This document shows, in pieces, positions 1-10,107 of a DNA stretch of 36,810 bases (position 1 is the first letter of the stretch; each line of letters opens with the position of its first letter). Origin of the DNA: an uncultured Acidobacteriota bacterium (GTDB taxonomy: Bacteria; Acidobacteriota; UBA6911; RPQK01; JAPXNP01); contig CAZAEY010000003.1 of the NCBI GenBank assembly GCA_964484155.1, forward strand, positions 25,196-62,005, written 5' to 3'. A program made the translations under genes and the position numbers. The notes beneath the pieces were generated by a model, which was not told the origin of the DNA, did no database searches, and worked only from the letters and a program-made list of their open reading frames with translations.

Positions 1-163
1 AGTTTTTGCCCCTGTGGGCGATAGATCGTCGATTCTCCGTGCGCAGCGGTGGCGCCCGGCTTGGTTGCCGCGTTGCTGTTCCTAGACGCTGCAGCGTCGC
101 GAAATTTGTTGCCGGGGCCTCGATGAGCGCAAGGCGACCCGCTTGGCCTTTTGCAACAGACTC

Positions 164-2131
164 CTATTTCTCCCCTTCCTCGTACTGTTCCTTGATGGTT
201 TCGAGGACCGACGGGTCCGCCAGAGTTGTCGTGTCGCTCATGACACGACCTTCTGCGATGTCGCGCAGCAACCGTCGCATGATCTTTCCGCTCCGGGTCT
301 TGGGGAGTTCATGAGTGATGAAGATTTTTTCGGGCTTGGCAATGGGGCCGATTTTTGCGCCAACGTGGGCCCGCAGTTCCGCAATTAGGCTGTCGGAGCC
401 CTGAAGATCGCCCACCAAGGAGACGAAGCCGGCGATGGCCTGTCCCTTGATATCGTGACTGATGCCGATGACTGCGGCTTCGGCTACTGACGGATGGCTG
501 ACCAGGGCGCTTTCTACCTCCATGGTTCCAATGCGATGACCCGCCACGTTTAGCACATCGTCCACTCGCCCCAAAAGCCAGAAGTAGCCGTCCTCATCTC
601 GCTTGGCGCCGTCGCCAGTAAAGTAGACGCCCTCGTACTTGCTCCAATACTGCTGCGTCCATCGGTCCGCGTCCCCCCAAATCGTCCGGGCCATGGCCGG
701 CCAGGGCTGTTTCAGGACCAGATAGCCGCCCCCAACCGGCACGGAATTGCCCTCTTCGTCGAAGATGTCCGCGTCGATTCCGGGAAATGGCAACGTTGCG
801 GAACCAGGCTTCAGTTCGGTCAAGCCTGGGAGCGGGGTGATCAACGTCATTCCGGTTTCAGTCTGCCACCAGGTGTCGACTACCGGGGTCCTGTCGGAGC
901 CGATGTGTTCGCGGTACCAGATCCAAGCTTCCGGATTAATCGGTTCGCCGACGGTCCCCAACAGGCGCAGCGAGCTTAAATCGAACTTCTCCGGGTGTTC
1001 TTTTCCCCAACGCATGAAGGCCCGGATCGCGGTGGGTGCGGTGTAGAGAATGTTGACCCGGTATTTTTCGATAATCTCCCAGAAGCGGCCTCGATGGGGA
1101 GTGTCGGGAGCGCCTTCGTACATAACGGTGGTAGCTCCGTTTGAGAGCGGCCCGTAGACGATGTAGCTGTGTCCGGTCACCCAGCCGATATCGGCTGCGC
1201 ACCAGTATGTGTCCGAATCCTTGAGGTCAAACACGTAGCGGGTCGTCGTGTGGGTCCCAACCAGGTAACCGCCGGTCGTGTGCAAAAGCCCCTTGGGCTT
1301 TCCGGTCGTCCCCGAGGTGTAAAGGATGTACAGAGGGTGTTCGCTGTCAAGCTGCTCCGGTTCGACCGTCTGCAAGTCGCTCTTTTCCATTTCGCGGTGC
1401 CACCAGTGGTCCCGTCCTTCGACCATGGAGACGTTTTTCGGATCCGAAGTTCGATTCACCACCAGAGTTGCAATAATGGTTGGGCACCCTTCCAGAGCTT
1501 TGTCCGAACTCTCCTTGAGGGGGACGCGGCTGCCGCGCCGCCATGCGCCGTCAGCTGTGATCAGGAGTTTCGCCTCGCAATCGTTGATTCGATCCCGCAG
1601 GGAATCAGGACTGAATCCGCCGAAAACGACCGTATGAGGGGCTCCGATTCGAGCGCAGGCAAGCATGGCAATCGGCAGTTCCGGAACCATCCCAAGGTAA
1701 ATGGCGACGCGATCACCCTTTTCGATTCCCAGGCGCTGGAGGGTAACGGCGCACCTATTGACCTCGCGATACAGATCCTGATAGGTCAAGACCCGTTCTT
1801 CGTTTCGAGGTTCTCCTTCCCAGACGATGGCGGCCTTGTTCTTTCGCCAGGTCTGCAGATGACGGTCCACGCAGTTGTAGCAGATGTTGGTGCGGGCTCC
1901 CACAAACCATCTGGCTTTCGGAGGATCCCAATCCAGCACCTTGTCCCAGGGCTCAAACCAGTCGACAGCCTGCGCCATCTCGGCCCAGAACTTTTCAGGG
2001 TCCTGGTTTGCCCGCTCGTAAATGGAGGGATCGGACCAGTTCGCCTGCTTTCGGAATCGTTCGTCAACGGGAAATCTGCGCTCTTCATGAAGCAGATCTT
2101 CGATCATTCCGGAATGTTGTTTCTTTTCCAT
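164..2131 (-). CDS. acs: Acetyl-CoA synthetase (acetate--CoA ligase)
   Basis: 655 aa; [14 protein letters not shown]-binding motif, [44 protein letters not shown] with the regulatory Lys. Confidence 0.98.
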   Translation of the reverse strand: MEKKQHSGMIEDLLHEERRFPVDERFRKQANWSDPSIYERANQDPEKFWAEMAQAVDWFEPWDKVLDWDPPKARWFVGARTNICYNCVDRHLQTWRKNKAAIVWEGEPRNEERVLTYQDLYREVNRCAVTLQRLGIEKGDRVAIYLGMVPELPIAMLACARIGAPHTVVFGGFSPDSLRDRINDCEAKLLITADGAWRRGSRVPLKESSDKALEGCPTIIATLVVNRTSDPKNVSMVEGRDHWWHREMEKSDLQTVEPEQLDSEHPLYILYTSGTTGKPKGLLHTTGGYLVGTHTTTRYVFDLKDSDTYWCAADIGWVTGHSYIVYGPLSNGATTVMYEGAPDTPHRGRFWEIIEKYRVNILYTAPTAIRAFMRWGKEHPEKFDLSSLRLLGTVGEPINPEAWIWYREHIGSDRTPVVDTWWQTETGMTLITPLPGLTELKPGSATLPFPGIDADIFDEEGNSVPVGGGYLVLKQPWPAMARTIWGDADRWTQQYWSKYEGVYFTGDGAKRDEDGYFWLLGRVDDVLNVAGHRIGTMEVESALVSHPSVAEAAVIGISHDIKGQAIAGFVSLVGDLQGSDSLIAELRAHVGAKIGPIAKPEKIFITHELPKTRSGKIMRRLLRDIAEGRVMSDTTTLADPSVLETIKEQYEEGEK

Positions 2132-2140
2132 AGTAAAAGA

Positions 2141-2169
2141 AGTGTAAACGCTCTGGTGAAAACTTCAAA
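2141..2169 (-). promoter_or_regulatory. Putative sigma70 promoter of acs (near-leaderless)
   Basis: Minus strand TTTGAA (2164-2169), 17 nt, TACACT (2141-2146); ATG follows 9 nt later; no Shine-Dalgarno. Confidence 0.45.
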
Positions 2170-2286
2170 CGCAGGCGGGGTTCCGGGGTTGATTCTGCGA
2201 GGGAAAAAACTTTTCGCAAAGTCAATGCCTGGCTGGAGAGTTTTTGCATCGGGCATTGAGATTGCGCACTTTCAGTGGAAGCGTCG

Positions 2287-2434
2287 CCGACGGAGCGCCG
2301 GATGGCAGAGCGACGCGGCCGCTTCGGACGCGTTGATCGTCCGATTCTTCGAAAGCGGCGAGTTTGCTGAACCCGTTCAGACGGAATCAACGGCCCCTGC
2401 GGGCCCGTCGCTCTGCCATCCGGCGCTCTGTCGG
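2287..2434. repeat. 29-bp inverted repeat (28/29 match) with a 90-nt structured spacer
   Basis: CCGACGGAGCGCCGGATGGCAGAGCGACG (2287-2315) matches the reverse complement of 2406-2434 with one G/T mismatch. Confidence 0.9.
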
Positions 2435-2612
2435 TTTCGTTTGACTGAAACGCTTTCCCTGACCGTTCGAACGCAGGACGAAGACTCTTGATCGTTGAGA
2501 CGTTGCGCCCTGTAGGGGCGCCACAAACTTCGGCGTAACCCGCATATTTCACACGGCGCCGCAGCGAGGCGCATAAAACATCCGGGCAAATGCCAATTCT
2601 TCATCCCGGTGC

Positions 2613-2719
2613 GCGCTGTCGCGCCCCGTCAGGGCGCCTTTTTTCACTTCGCTGGCAGAAACCCAGGGTGGCGCTGCGCTTCACCCTGGGCTGAAATTGT
2701 TTTGCCCTTTCAGGGCATC
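2613..2719. repeat. REP-like multi-hairpin element, copy A
   Basis: CGCCCCGTCAGGGCG ... ACCCAGGGTG-GCGCTGCGCTT-CACCCTGGGCTG ... GCCCTTTCAGGGCATC; a homologous copy lies at 33331-33435 and a partial end at 1-20. Confidence 0.85.
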
Positions 2720-2780
2720 CATTGGGATCTGCCGCCGTGGCGCCGGCCCGCGGCCGCCAAGAACTTCACGCTCTGCGCAG

Positions 2781-3335
2781 TCAGTCCAGCCCGAGATCAA
2801 CGGCCACCGAGGTCATGGCTCTCAGCACGACGGACACGTGTTCGGCTAGAGGGACGCCCAGTTCCTCGGCTCCCGTCCGGATGTCTTCTCGGCTGACCGA
2901 GCGGGCGAAGGCCTTATCCTTGAGCTTCTTCTGGACAGATTTGACCGGAACTTCGGCGACTCGGGCTCCGGGGCGAACCAGTGTCACCGCCGTGATAAAT
3001 CCGCACAATTCGTCAACGGCAAACAGCGTCCGATCCAGAAGCGATTTCCGCGGGACTCCGGTAAACGGGGCGTGAGACAGGATCGCGTGGACGATCTCTT
3101 CCGGAAATCCTTCCGCGCGAAGGATTTCCGCTCCCTTTCGCGGATGTTCTTCGGGGTGGCGTTCATAATCCAAATCGTGCAGCAGCCCGGTCACGCCCCA
3201 GGCGGTTTCGTCCTCACCGAATCGGCGCGCGTAGGCTCTCATGGCGGCCTCCACCGCCAGCGCATGCCGGATCAGGTTCTCATTCTTCGTATACTCGGCA
3301 AGGAGCTCCCAAGCCTGCTCTCGAGAGGGCGTCAT
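2781..3335 (-). CDS. HD/HDIG-domain metal-dependent phosphohydrolase
   Basis: RHALAVEAAM, GLLHDLDYE, HPRKGAEIL, AILSH and FAVDEL motifs; ATGA overlap with the hpt stop. Confidence 0.9.
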   Translation of the reverse strand: MTPSREQAWELLAEYTKNENLIRHALAVEAAMRAYARRFGEDETAWGVTGLLHDLDYERHPEEHPRKGAEILRAEGFPEEIVHAILSHAPFTGVPRKSLLDRTLFAVDELCGFITAVTLVRPGARVAEVPVKSVQKKLKDKAFARSVSREDIRTGAEELGVPLAEHVSVVLRAMTSVAVDLGLD

Positions 3336-3880
3336 GTCATTGATGTCTCCAGGATTCCGATATACGGGAGATTGCGAAACCTCTGATTGTGGTCGAGGCC
3401 ATAGCCGACGACGAAGTGGTTGGGAATCTCAAATCCGAGATAGTCGACTCCGATTTGCACTTTTCGACGATCGGGTTTTGAGAGAAGAGAACAGACTCTC
3501 AAAGTCTGCGGGTTTCGGCTGTTCAGATTGCTCAGAAGGTAGCGCAACGTCAACCCGGTGTCGACGATGTCCTCTACCAGAATTACGTCTCGGCCGTGAA
3601 TGCTGGTTTCCAGGTCCTTGACCAATCGAACTTCACCGGAGCTGTCGGTCGACTCGCCATAGGACGAAACGGAGATGAAATCGATGGTCAGCTCCAGGTC
3701 GACCGCGCGAATCAGATCCGAGTGGAAGACGACCGCCCCGCGCAGGACGCAAACGAAAAGAGGTTGCTTTCCTTGAAAGTCGCGAGTGATGTCTCTTCCC
3801 AACTGCTCGACGCGTCTTCGGAGCTGCTCTTCCGAGATGAGGATCTGCTGGGCGATGGCTCCTGCCAGTTGGTCGGTCAT
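3332..3880 (-). CDS. hpt: Hypoxanthine phosphoribosyltransferase
   Basis: VLRGAVVFHSDL, VSSYG, LVEDIVDTGLTL PRPP-binding loop, FVVGYGLD. Start placed at 3880 because an extended -10 TGcTATGAT (3888-3896) lies 7 nt upstream; alternative ATG at 3892. Confidence 0.96.
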   Translation of the reverse strand: MTDQLAGAIAQQILISEEQLRRRVEQLGRDITRDFQGKQPLFVCVLRGAVVFHSDLIRAVDLELTIDFISVSSYGESTDSSGEVRLVKDLETSIHGRDVILVEDIVDTGLTLRYLLSNLNSRNPQTLRVCSLLSKPDRRKVQIGVDYLGFEIPNHFVVGYGLDHNQRFRNLPYIGILETSMT

Positions 3881-3946
3881 CCTCGGAATCATAGCATGCA
3901 GCGGTGGCCGCGGACTCCGGCGGGCTGGAGCAGCCGGTGCGTTCGA

Positions 3947-6900
3947 TCAGGCGGCGGAACTTCGCCGCCTCGGCGCGGCGGTCGATATCCAGGCGACGAC
4001 GCGCTTTAGCAGGACTGAAAGGTCGTCCATGTAGCTGTAGAATGAGGGGAGAATAATCAGAGTGAGAAACGTCGAAGTCGTCAGGCCTCCGAGGACGGCC
4101 AGGCTGACCGGCGCCCACATTCCCGCGGCTCCTTCCACGCTTCCGAACCGTCCCGGGAAGATGAAAGGCAGACAGAGCGGAAGCAATCCGAATAGCGAGG
4201 TGCAGGCCGTCATCAGAATGGGTCGCAGTCGATCCTTCCCGCCCTGAATGATGGCGTCGCGCCGACGCATGCCGGCTCTTCTCAGCGTGTTGATATGATC
4301 GACCAGCAGGATGCCGTTGTTGACGACCAGTCCAAAGAGCACCAGGATTCCGAGGTAGGCCATCTGGTTGAGGGTCGTCCCGGTCAGGAAGAACAGAATG
4401 GCCACGCCGATAATTGAAAACGGAACCGTGCATAGAATGGTCAGGGGCTGCACGAAGCTCTCGAAAAGCGCGGCCATCACCAGATACATCAACAGAATTG
4501 CGAAAAGGATGGCGAAATTGTTTTCCTCTTCGCTCTGGATGGCTCTGCGCCAGTCTCGGCCCATTTGCCAGGAGTAACCCGGCGGCAGATTCACTTCGCC
4601 GGCCACCTGTTGAATCTGCTGGGAGACGAAAAACGTTCCGCGTCCTCCAGTTTCGGCCGAAATTGTAATGGTGGCCTTCCTGTCGTCTTTGCGGATCGCC
4701 AGAGGACCCTTTCGAAACTCATATCGCACTAGGGAATGGAGCGGAAGCATATCGCCGTCGCGAGTCTCCAGCGACATATTGAGCAGTTCGCCGATGGTGA
4801 CCTGATTGCCGCCTTCCAACTGGAGAATGACGTCGGCTTCGCCCAGATCCGTCTTATAGCGCGTGGTGGCGCGGGTGCTCAGCGCGGAGGATACGGTCTG
4901 GGCGACCGACAGCGAAGAAATGCCGAGCATTTCGGCACGAACGCGATCGACCGAGAGATGAATTTCATCGTCGCCCGATTCAAGAGTCGTCTGAACGAAT
5001 TGGACATCTGGGATTTGCTCGATTCTGCTTTTAATCTCATCGGCGTACAGGCTGAGGACTGCCGGGTTGTCTCCCGTTAATTCGACGGAGGTTCCCATTT
5101 CGCTCCCTCCGCCCCACATCCTCATCCGGCCAGGTTCGAATTCGACCCCGGGAATGTTGGGAAGCGCCGCCATGATTCTTTCGCGCAGCGTCATCGTCGG
5201 AGTGATGTCTCCCTGATCGGTCAGATAGAGCGTGAGATCGCCGCGGTACTGCCCCCGGCTGGTGGTCCGGTTATTGTAGCTGCTGCTAATGGCGAGGATT
5301 TCGAATTCCTCCTTCCGCTCCAGCAAAAGCTTCTCGAGAGTCTCGAATACGGCGTGCATCTCTTCCGGAGGGTGCGAGCGCTCCACCAGTACATTGATAG
5401 CTATCCGCCTGTCCGCCACTCCGGGCAGCATTTCGCGGTCGATCGAATTGAAAAGGTAATAGGAGGAATAGCCGATCAGCGCCATCAGGATCAGTACCAC
5501 AAAGCGAAATCGCAGGAGACCGCCCATCAGCCACCCGTAGGCATCGGTGAGGGCAAGGATCCACCCGCGCCTCGGTTTCTGCTTTCCGGCAAAGAGGCGG
5601 CTGGATAGCATCGGGACCAGAGTCACCGCCACAACCAGCGAAGCGATGAGCGCAACGGCCACCGTAATCCCAAAATCTCCCGTGAACCTGCCTGTCGCCG
5701 CATTTGGGATAAACAGGAAACTGGAGAACACGCAGACGGTCGTGGCCGTCGCCGCCAGCACCGCGACTCCGACCTCCCTGCTGCCGCGGATGGCCGCTTC
5801 CTTCGGCGGAAGCCCTTTGTCCTGGCGGTGGCGGAAGATGTTCTCGAGAACCACGACGCTGTTGTCCACCAGCATTCCCACCGCCACCATCAGACCCATC
5901 AGCGAAACCACGTTGATGGTGATTCCAGAGCCTGCTCCGATTCGAAGCAGAAACATGAAGGCGAACGTGAATATGACGGAAACGGGGATGGCGACGGAGA
6001 TGACCAGCATGCTGCGAATCTTTCTCAGAAAGAAAAACAGCACCAACATCGCGAGCAATCCTCCCCAGATTCCGGCCCATTTCAAATTATCGAGGCTCTG
6101 CAGAATCTGTTCAGACTGGTCTCGATAGGTTAGAAAGGTCAATCCTCCGGCGAACTGAGGCAGCTTTTCGATTGCGCGCAACTCTTTCGTTACGGCCAGG
6201 CAGACTGCAACGACATTCGCGTTGGAAGTCTTGTACACGCGAATGTCGACGGCTTCTTCGCTATTGAGCCTGGAATAAAAGGCGCGCTCCGGAAAATCGA
6301 ATCGAACGTCAGCGACGTCTTTCAGGAGCAGGCGTCCGTCCTGGATGGGGAGATCGGCGATCTCTTCGATCGACTGGAATTCGCCTACGCTTCGAAGAGA
6401 GAACTTCTGAGAACCGTCGAGCACGTAACCGCCGGAAAGATTGACGTTGGATGCTCTCAGAGCCTGACTTAGAGCTCGCAGATCGACTCCGTGCGCCTCC
6501 AGGCGATCGGCGTCCAGTTCGATGAGCACCTGCCTGGCCTCGACGCCGCGGACTTCGATGTTGGCGACGCCGTCGATGCGTTCCAGACGGCGCCTCAGGG
6601 TCTCTTCGGTGATCTGATAGAGTTCATCGCGACTCCCACGCCAGGCTACGGAAAACCGGTATACCGGCATGTCAGTGCTTTGCCAGCGTCGAATGGAGAT
6701 CCGGTCTATGTCTCCCGGCAGTCGAGATCGGACCTGATCGATTCGGTCCCGTACCTCCAGGGCCGCCAAATCCATATCGGTGCCGTCCCGAAATTCGATG
6801 CGCACATTCGATCCGGAATTCGAAGAGGTGGACTCGAGGCGCTCTAGATTGTTCAGCGTGCTAAGGACTTCTTCCAGAGGGCGCGTAACGTTTCGCTCGA

Positions 6901-7075
6901 CTTCAGCGGGCGCCGAGGAGGGGTAATTCACCGAGACTCTCAGATTCGACGACGTCATTTCGGGCATCTGAGTCAGTGGAAGGCGCTGCAGGGACAGAAT
7001 TCCCAGCACGAATACGGAAATCGTCGCCATCAAGACCGCAATAGGCCTGGTAACGGAATACTCCGATAGTTTCAT
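3947..7075 (-). CDS. RND family (AcrB/AcrD/AcrF) permease subunit 2
   Basis: 1042 aa; 12-TM RND layout; GMLVDNSVVVLENI (TM4), GLVVNNGILLVD (TM10), RLRPILMT (TM11). Confidence 0.95.
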   Translation of the reverse strand: MKLSEYSVTRPIAVLMATISVFVLGILSLQRLPLTQMPEMTSSNLRVSVNYPSSAPAEVERNVTRPLEEVLSTLNNLERLESTSSNSGSNVRIEFRDGTDMDLAALEVRDRIDQVRSRLPGDIDRISIRRWQSTDMPVYRFSVAWRGSRDELYQITEETLRRRLERIDGVANIEVRGVEARQVLIELDADRLEAHGVDLRALSQALRASNVNLSGGYVLDGSQKFSLRSVGEFQSIEEIADLPIQDGRLLLKDVADVRFDFPERAFYSRLNSEEAVDIRVYKTSNANVVAVCLAVTKELRAIEKLPQFAGGLTFLTYRDQSEQILQSLDNLKWAGIWGGLLAMLVLFFFLRKIRSMLVISVAIPVSVIFTFAFMFLLRIGAGSGITINVVSLMGLMVAVGMLVDNSVVVLENIFRHRQDKGLPPKEAAIRGSREVGVAVLAATATTVCVFSSFLFIPNAATGRFTGDFGITVAVALIASLVVAVTLVPMLSSRLFAGKQKPRRGWILALTDAYGWLMGGLLRFRFVVLILMALIGYSSYYLFNSIDREMLPGVADRRIAINVLVERSHPPEEMHAVFETLEKLLLERKEEFEILAISSSYNNRTTSRGQYRGDLTLYLTDQGDITPTMTLRERIMAALPNIPGVEFEPGRMRMWGGGSEMGTSVELTGDNPAVLSLYADEIKSRIEQIPDVQFVQTTLESGDDEIHLSVDRVRAEMLGISSLSVAQTVSSALSTRATTRYKTDLGEADVILQLEGGNQVTIGELLNMSLETRDGDMLPLHSLVRYEFRKGPLAIRKDDRKATITISAETGGRGTFFVSQQIQQVAGEVNLPPGYSWQMGRDWRRAIQSEEENNFAILFAILLMYLVMAALFESFVQPLTILCTVPFSIIGVAILFFLTGTTLNQMAYLGILVLFGLVVNNGILLVDHINTLRRAGMRRRDAIIQGGKDRLRPILMTACTSLFGLLPLCLPFIFPGRFGSVEGAAGMWAPVSLAVLGGLTTSTFLTLIILPSFYSYMDDLSVLLKRVVAWISTAAPRRRSSAA

Positions 7076-10000
7076 GCGCGCTTTCCTCTCGTGACCAAAG
7101 TGTACAGTACCGGAACCAGGATCAATGTCAGCAGAGTCGAGGTTAACAGGCCGCCGATGACTGTGACGGCGAGAGGCACGCGCAATTCGGCGCCCTCCCC
7201 CCAGCTTAAGGCCATTGGCAAGAGAGCCAGCACCGTCGTGACCGAAGTCATCAAGATAGGCCGCAATCGAATCGAAGCGGCTTCCGTGATCGCCTCAAAC
7301 TTGTCCATTCCCTGCCGGCTTAACCGATTTGTAAAGTCGATCATGACGATGGAATTGTTCACAACGATCCCCGCCAGAACGATTGCGCCGATCAAGACGA
7401 CGATGCTGATCGGAAGTCCGGTCAGGTAGAGTCCGCAGGCGACGCCGATGACGGCGAAGGGGATGGCAAACATCAGGATAAACGGCTGCAGCAGCGATTC
7501 AAACTGCGAAGCCATCACCAGGTAGACCAGAAAAAGGGCCAGGAGCAAGGCGAACTGCATGCTTTGGAACGCCACGGCACGTTCCTCGCTTTGCCCGCCT
7601 ACGTACGCGACAAAGTCCGACGGGAGCGGCACGCCGGCCAGTACCGCTTCGATGTCAGCGACGACGCTCTGCAAATCTCTGCCCACCAGATTGGCGCTGA
7701 TCACCGCAGCCCGCTGCGGCCCGATGCGTCGAATTTCGGCGGGGCCCTCCTCCTGACGAATGTCGGCCACTGTCGACAGACGAAGAGCGGTTCCCGTCGC
7801 CGAGGGGATGGTCAGGTCGCGCAACAGGTCCACGGATCTCCGATCTTCCTCCGCGACGCGGACCCGGATGTCAATCTTGCGATCGCCCTCGTTGTACTCC
7901 GTGGGAATTTCGCCCAGCACTTTGTTGCGCACCAGAGAGGCGGCCTGATTGACGGTGAGGCCGAAATTGGCCAGTCTTCGACGGTCGAACACCAGGTGAA
8001 CCTCGGGATTGCCGCCTTCGGTGCTGGCTTTCACGTCCCGGAGCCCTGGAACCGTTTCCAGTTGTTCTCGAATTCGTTCGGCGTGCATCGCCAGGGCGGT
8101 GAGGTTGTAGCCCTGGACGATGACCTCGATCGGCGCCTTGAAGCTGAAAAGAGTCGGGCGTGAGAAGCGGTAGTTAATATTTGGGATGGCCTGGACCCGG
8201 CGCCGGACTTCGTCGATCACGGCCGCTTCTTTTTCGTGCAGAAACTCCGGTCGAAGGCGCACCAACATCTGCGCGATGTTTTCCTTCTCCTCCAGAGCGG
8301 AGACGCCTGACTGATTGCCGACTCCGATCGTCGAATAATAGCTGATAACCGGAGCGAGTCCCGCCAATTGCGTCTCCGCCAGCTCCATCCTTCGCGCAGT
8401 CTCCTCCAGCGGCGTTCCTGGCGGATACTCCAGATCGACCATGAATTGGGCCTGACTGATTTCTGGAATCAGTTCGGCGCCCATACGACTGAGCGCGAAC
8501 ACCGAAATAACAAGCATCGCACTGGCGACGCCGAGAGCGCTCCAGCGCCAGCGCAAGGCGCGTTTTAGAAACCATCGATAAGGTTCGACGAGGAAAAACT
8601 GCGATTCTTGTATGGGGGTCGGTTCGGATTCCGTTTCTTCCTGACCCAGGCTGGACAACATGGGGATCAGTAGAATGGCGACTGCCAGCGAGGCCAGCAA
8701 GGAAAATGTGACCGTCAAGGCTTGATCCGCAAAAAGTTGACCGGCGATCCCTTCGACGAAAACGATCGGAAGGAAGACGCAGATCGTGGTCAAAGTGCTG
8801 GCTACCACCGCCTGCCCCACTTCGCCGGCGCCTTTGTCGGCGGCTACTCGAACGGAATACCCCTGCTTCCAATAACGGTGGATGCTTTCGAGAACAACGA
8901 TGGAGTTGTCCACGAGCATACCGATGCCCAAGGCGAGCCCGCTCAGCGACATGATGTTGAGGGAGACTCGAAAAAAGTACATCAGAAAGAACGTGGCGAC
9001 GATCGAAATCGGAATGGACAGAGCGATGATCAAAGTGCTTTTGACGCTGCGCAAAAAGAGGAACAGCACCATAACCGCAAGGATTCCGCCATAAATAGCC
9101 GTGTTCAGGACTTCGTTGATCGATTGCTCAATGAAATGCGACTGGTCGAAAACGACTTCAAATTCGAGCGCTTCCCGCTTGCCGCTGTACTCGGCTTCCA
9201 GTTGGCTCAGGCGACTGCGAACTTCGCTGGCGGCGGCCACCGTGTTGGCGTCGGCCGCTTTGAAGACGGCGATTTCCACACTTTCCTGACCGTTCAATCG
9301 GGTGATGATCTGGCGTTCCCGGAATCCGCTCGAGGCTCTGCCCACATCGCCAAGCCGGACCGGGGCGCCGTTTCGAAAGCTGAGAACGACGTCGTTGATG
9401 GCATCGACGCTGGCAAACTCGTTCAGAGTGCGGACCAGGTACCGGCTTTCTCCTTCCGAGAGAGTGCCGCCGGTCAAATTAATGTTCTCCTGTGCCAGCC
9501 GGCTGGTGGCTTCCTGAATCGAGATTCCCAGGGAGGAAAGTCGGCTTTCGTCCAGTTCTACCTGAATCTCGTCTTCAAAACCGCCGGTGACTCGAACCGC
9601 CGCCACACCCGCAACGCTCTCCAGGTCGGGGCGGATGAACTCTTCCGAGTGATAGCGAACCGCTGAAAGGTCGGCTGCGCCGGTTGCGCTGATGCGCATG
9701 ATCGGATCCGTGGAAGGGTCATAGCGGAGAAGAATGGGTCTTTCGGAGCCTTGAGGCAACTGAACAAGATCCAGCTTTTCACGGACGTCGAGTCCGGCGA
9801 AGTCCATCTGGGTGCGCCAGCTGAACTCTATGATGACGTCAGAGACTTCGGGCCGGGAAATCGAACTGACGCGAACCACATTGTTGACGACGCTGACGGC
9901 GTTCTCCAACGGCCGGCTGATCAGGCTTTCCACTTCGTGAGGTGCGGCGCCCGGATACCTTGTCCGAATCGTCAGCGTCGGATAGGAGATTTCCGGAAGC

Positions 10001-10107
10001 AGGTCGAGGGCGAGCTGCTTATAGGAAACGATTCCGAAGACCGAAATCGCCACAAACAGCATCGTAATCGTTACAGGGCGGCGGATGGAGAACTGAACGG
10101 CCTTCAC
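7072..10107 (-). CDS. RND family (AcrB/AcrD/AcrF) permease subunit 1
   Basis: 1011 aa; RRPVTITM, LLPEISYP, GMLVDNSIVVLESI, GIVVNNSIVMID, RLRPILMT; 4-bp overlaps on both sides. Confidence 0.95.
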   Translation of the reverse strand: MKAVQFSIRRPVTITMLFVAISVFGIVSYKQLALDLLPEISYPTLTIRTRYPGAAPHEVESLISRPLENAVSVVNNVVRVSSISRPEVSDVIIEFSWRTQMDFAGLDVREKLDLVQLPQGSERPILLRYDPSTDPIMRISATGAADLSAVRYHSEEFIRPDLESVAGVAAVRVTGGFEDEIQVELDESRLSSLGISIQEATSRLAQENINLTGGTLSEGESRYLVRTLNEFASVDAINDVVLSFRNGAPVRLGDVGRASSGFRERQIITRLNGQESVEIAVFKAADANTVAAASEVRSRLSQLEAEYSGKREALEFEVVFDQSHFIEQSINEVLNTAIYGGILAVMVLFLFLRSVKSTLIIALSIPISIVATFFLMYFFRVSLNIMSLSGLALGIGMLVDNSIVVLESIHRYWKQGYSVRVAADKGAGEVGQAVVASTLTTICVFLPIVFVEGIAGQLFADQALTVTFSLLASLAVAILLIPMLSSLGQEETESEPTPIQESQFFLVEPYRWFLKRALRWRWSALGVASAMLVISVFALSRMGAELIPEISQAQFMVDLEYPPGTPLEETARRMELAETQLAGLAPVISYYSTIGVGNQSGVSALEEKENIAQMLVRLRPEFLHEKEAAVIDEVRRRVQAIPNINYRFSRPTLFSFKAPIEVIVQGYNLTALAMHAERIREQLETVPGLRDVKASTEGGNPEVHLVFDRRRLANFGLTVNQAASLVRNKVLGEIPTEYNEGDRKIDIRVRVAEEDRRSVDLLRDLTIPSATGTALRLSTVADIRQEEGPAEIRRIGPQRAAVISANLVGRDLQSVVADIEAVLAGVPLPSDFVAYVGGQSEERAVAFQSMQFALLLALFLVYLVMASQFESLLQPFILMFAIPFAVIGVACGLYLTGLPISIVVLIGAIVLAGIVVNNSIVMIDFTNRLSRQGMDKFEAITEAASIRLRPILMTSVTTVLALLPMALSWGEGAELRVPLAVTVIGGLLTSTLLTLILVPVLYTLVTRGKRA

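Noticed and set aside
2269-2450. 6S RNA candidate (length and rod shape fit)
   Set aside because: Arms are too perfect and no 6S central bubble or conserved motifs are visible; kept only as an unexplained inverted repeat.
1169-2491. 440-aa plus-strand ORF antisense to acs
   Set aside because: Shadow ORF typical of GC-rich codon bias; no recognisable motifs.
2085-2896. Short ORFs in the acs-HD intergenic region (2085-2552, 2377-2604, 2609-2896)
   Set aside because: They run through palindromic repeats, have R/P/A-rich composition and lack an RBS.
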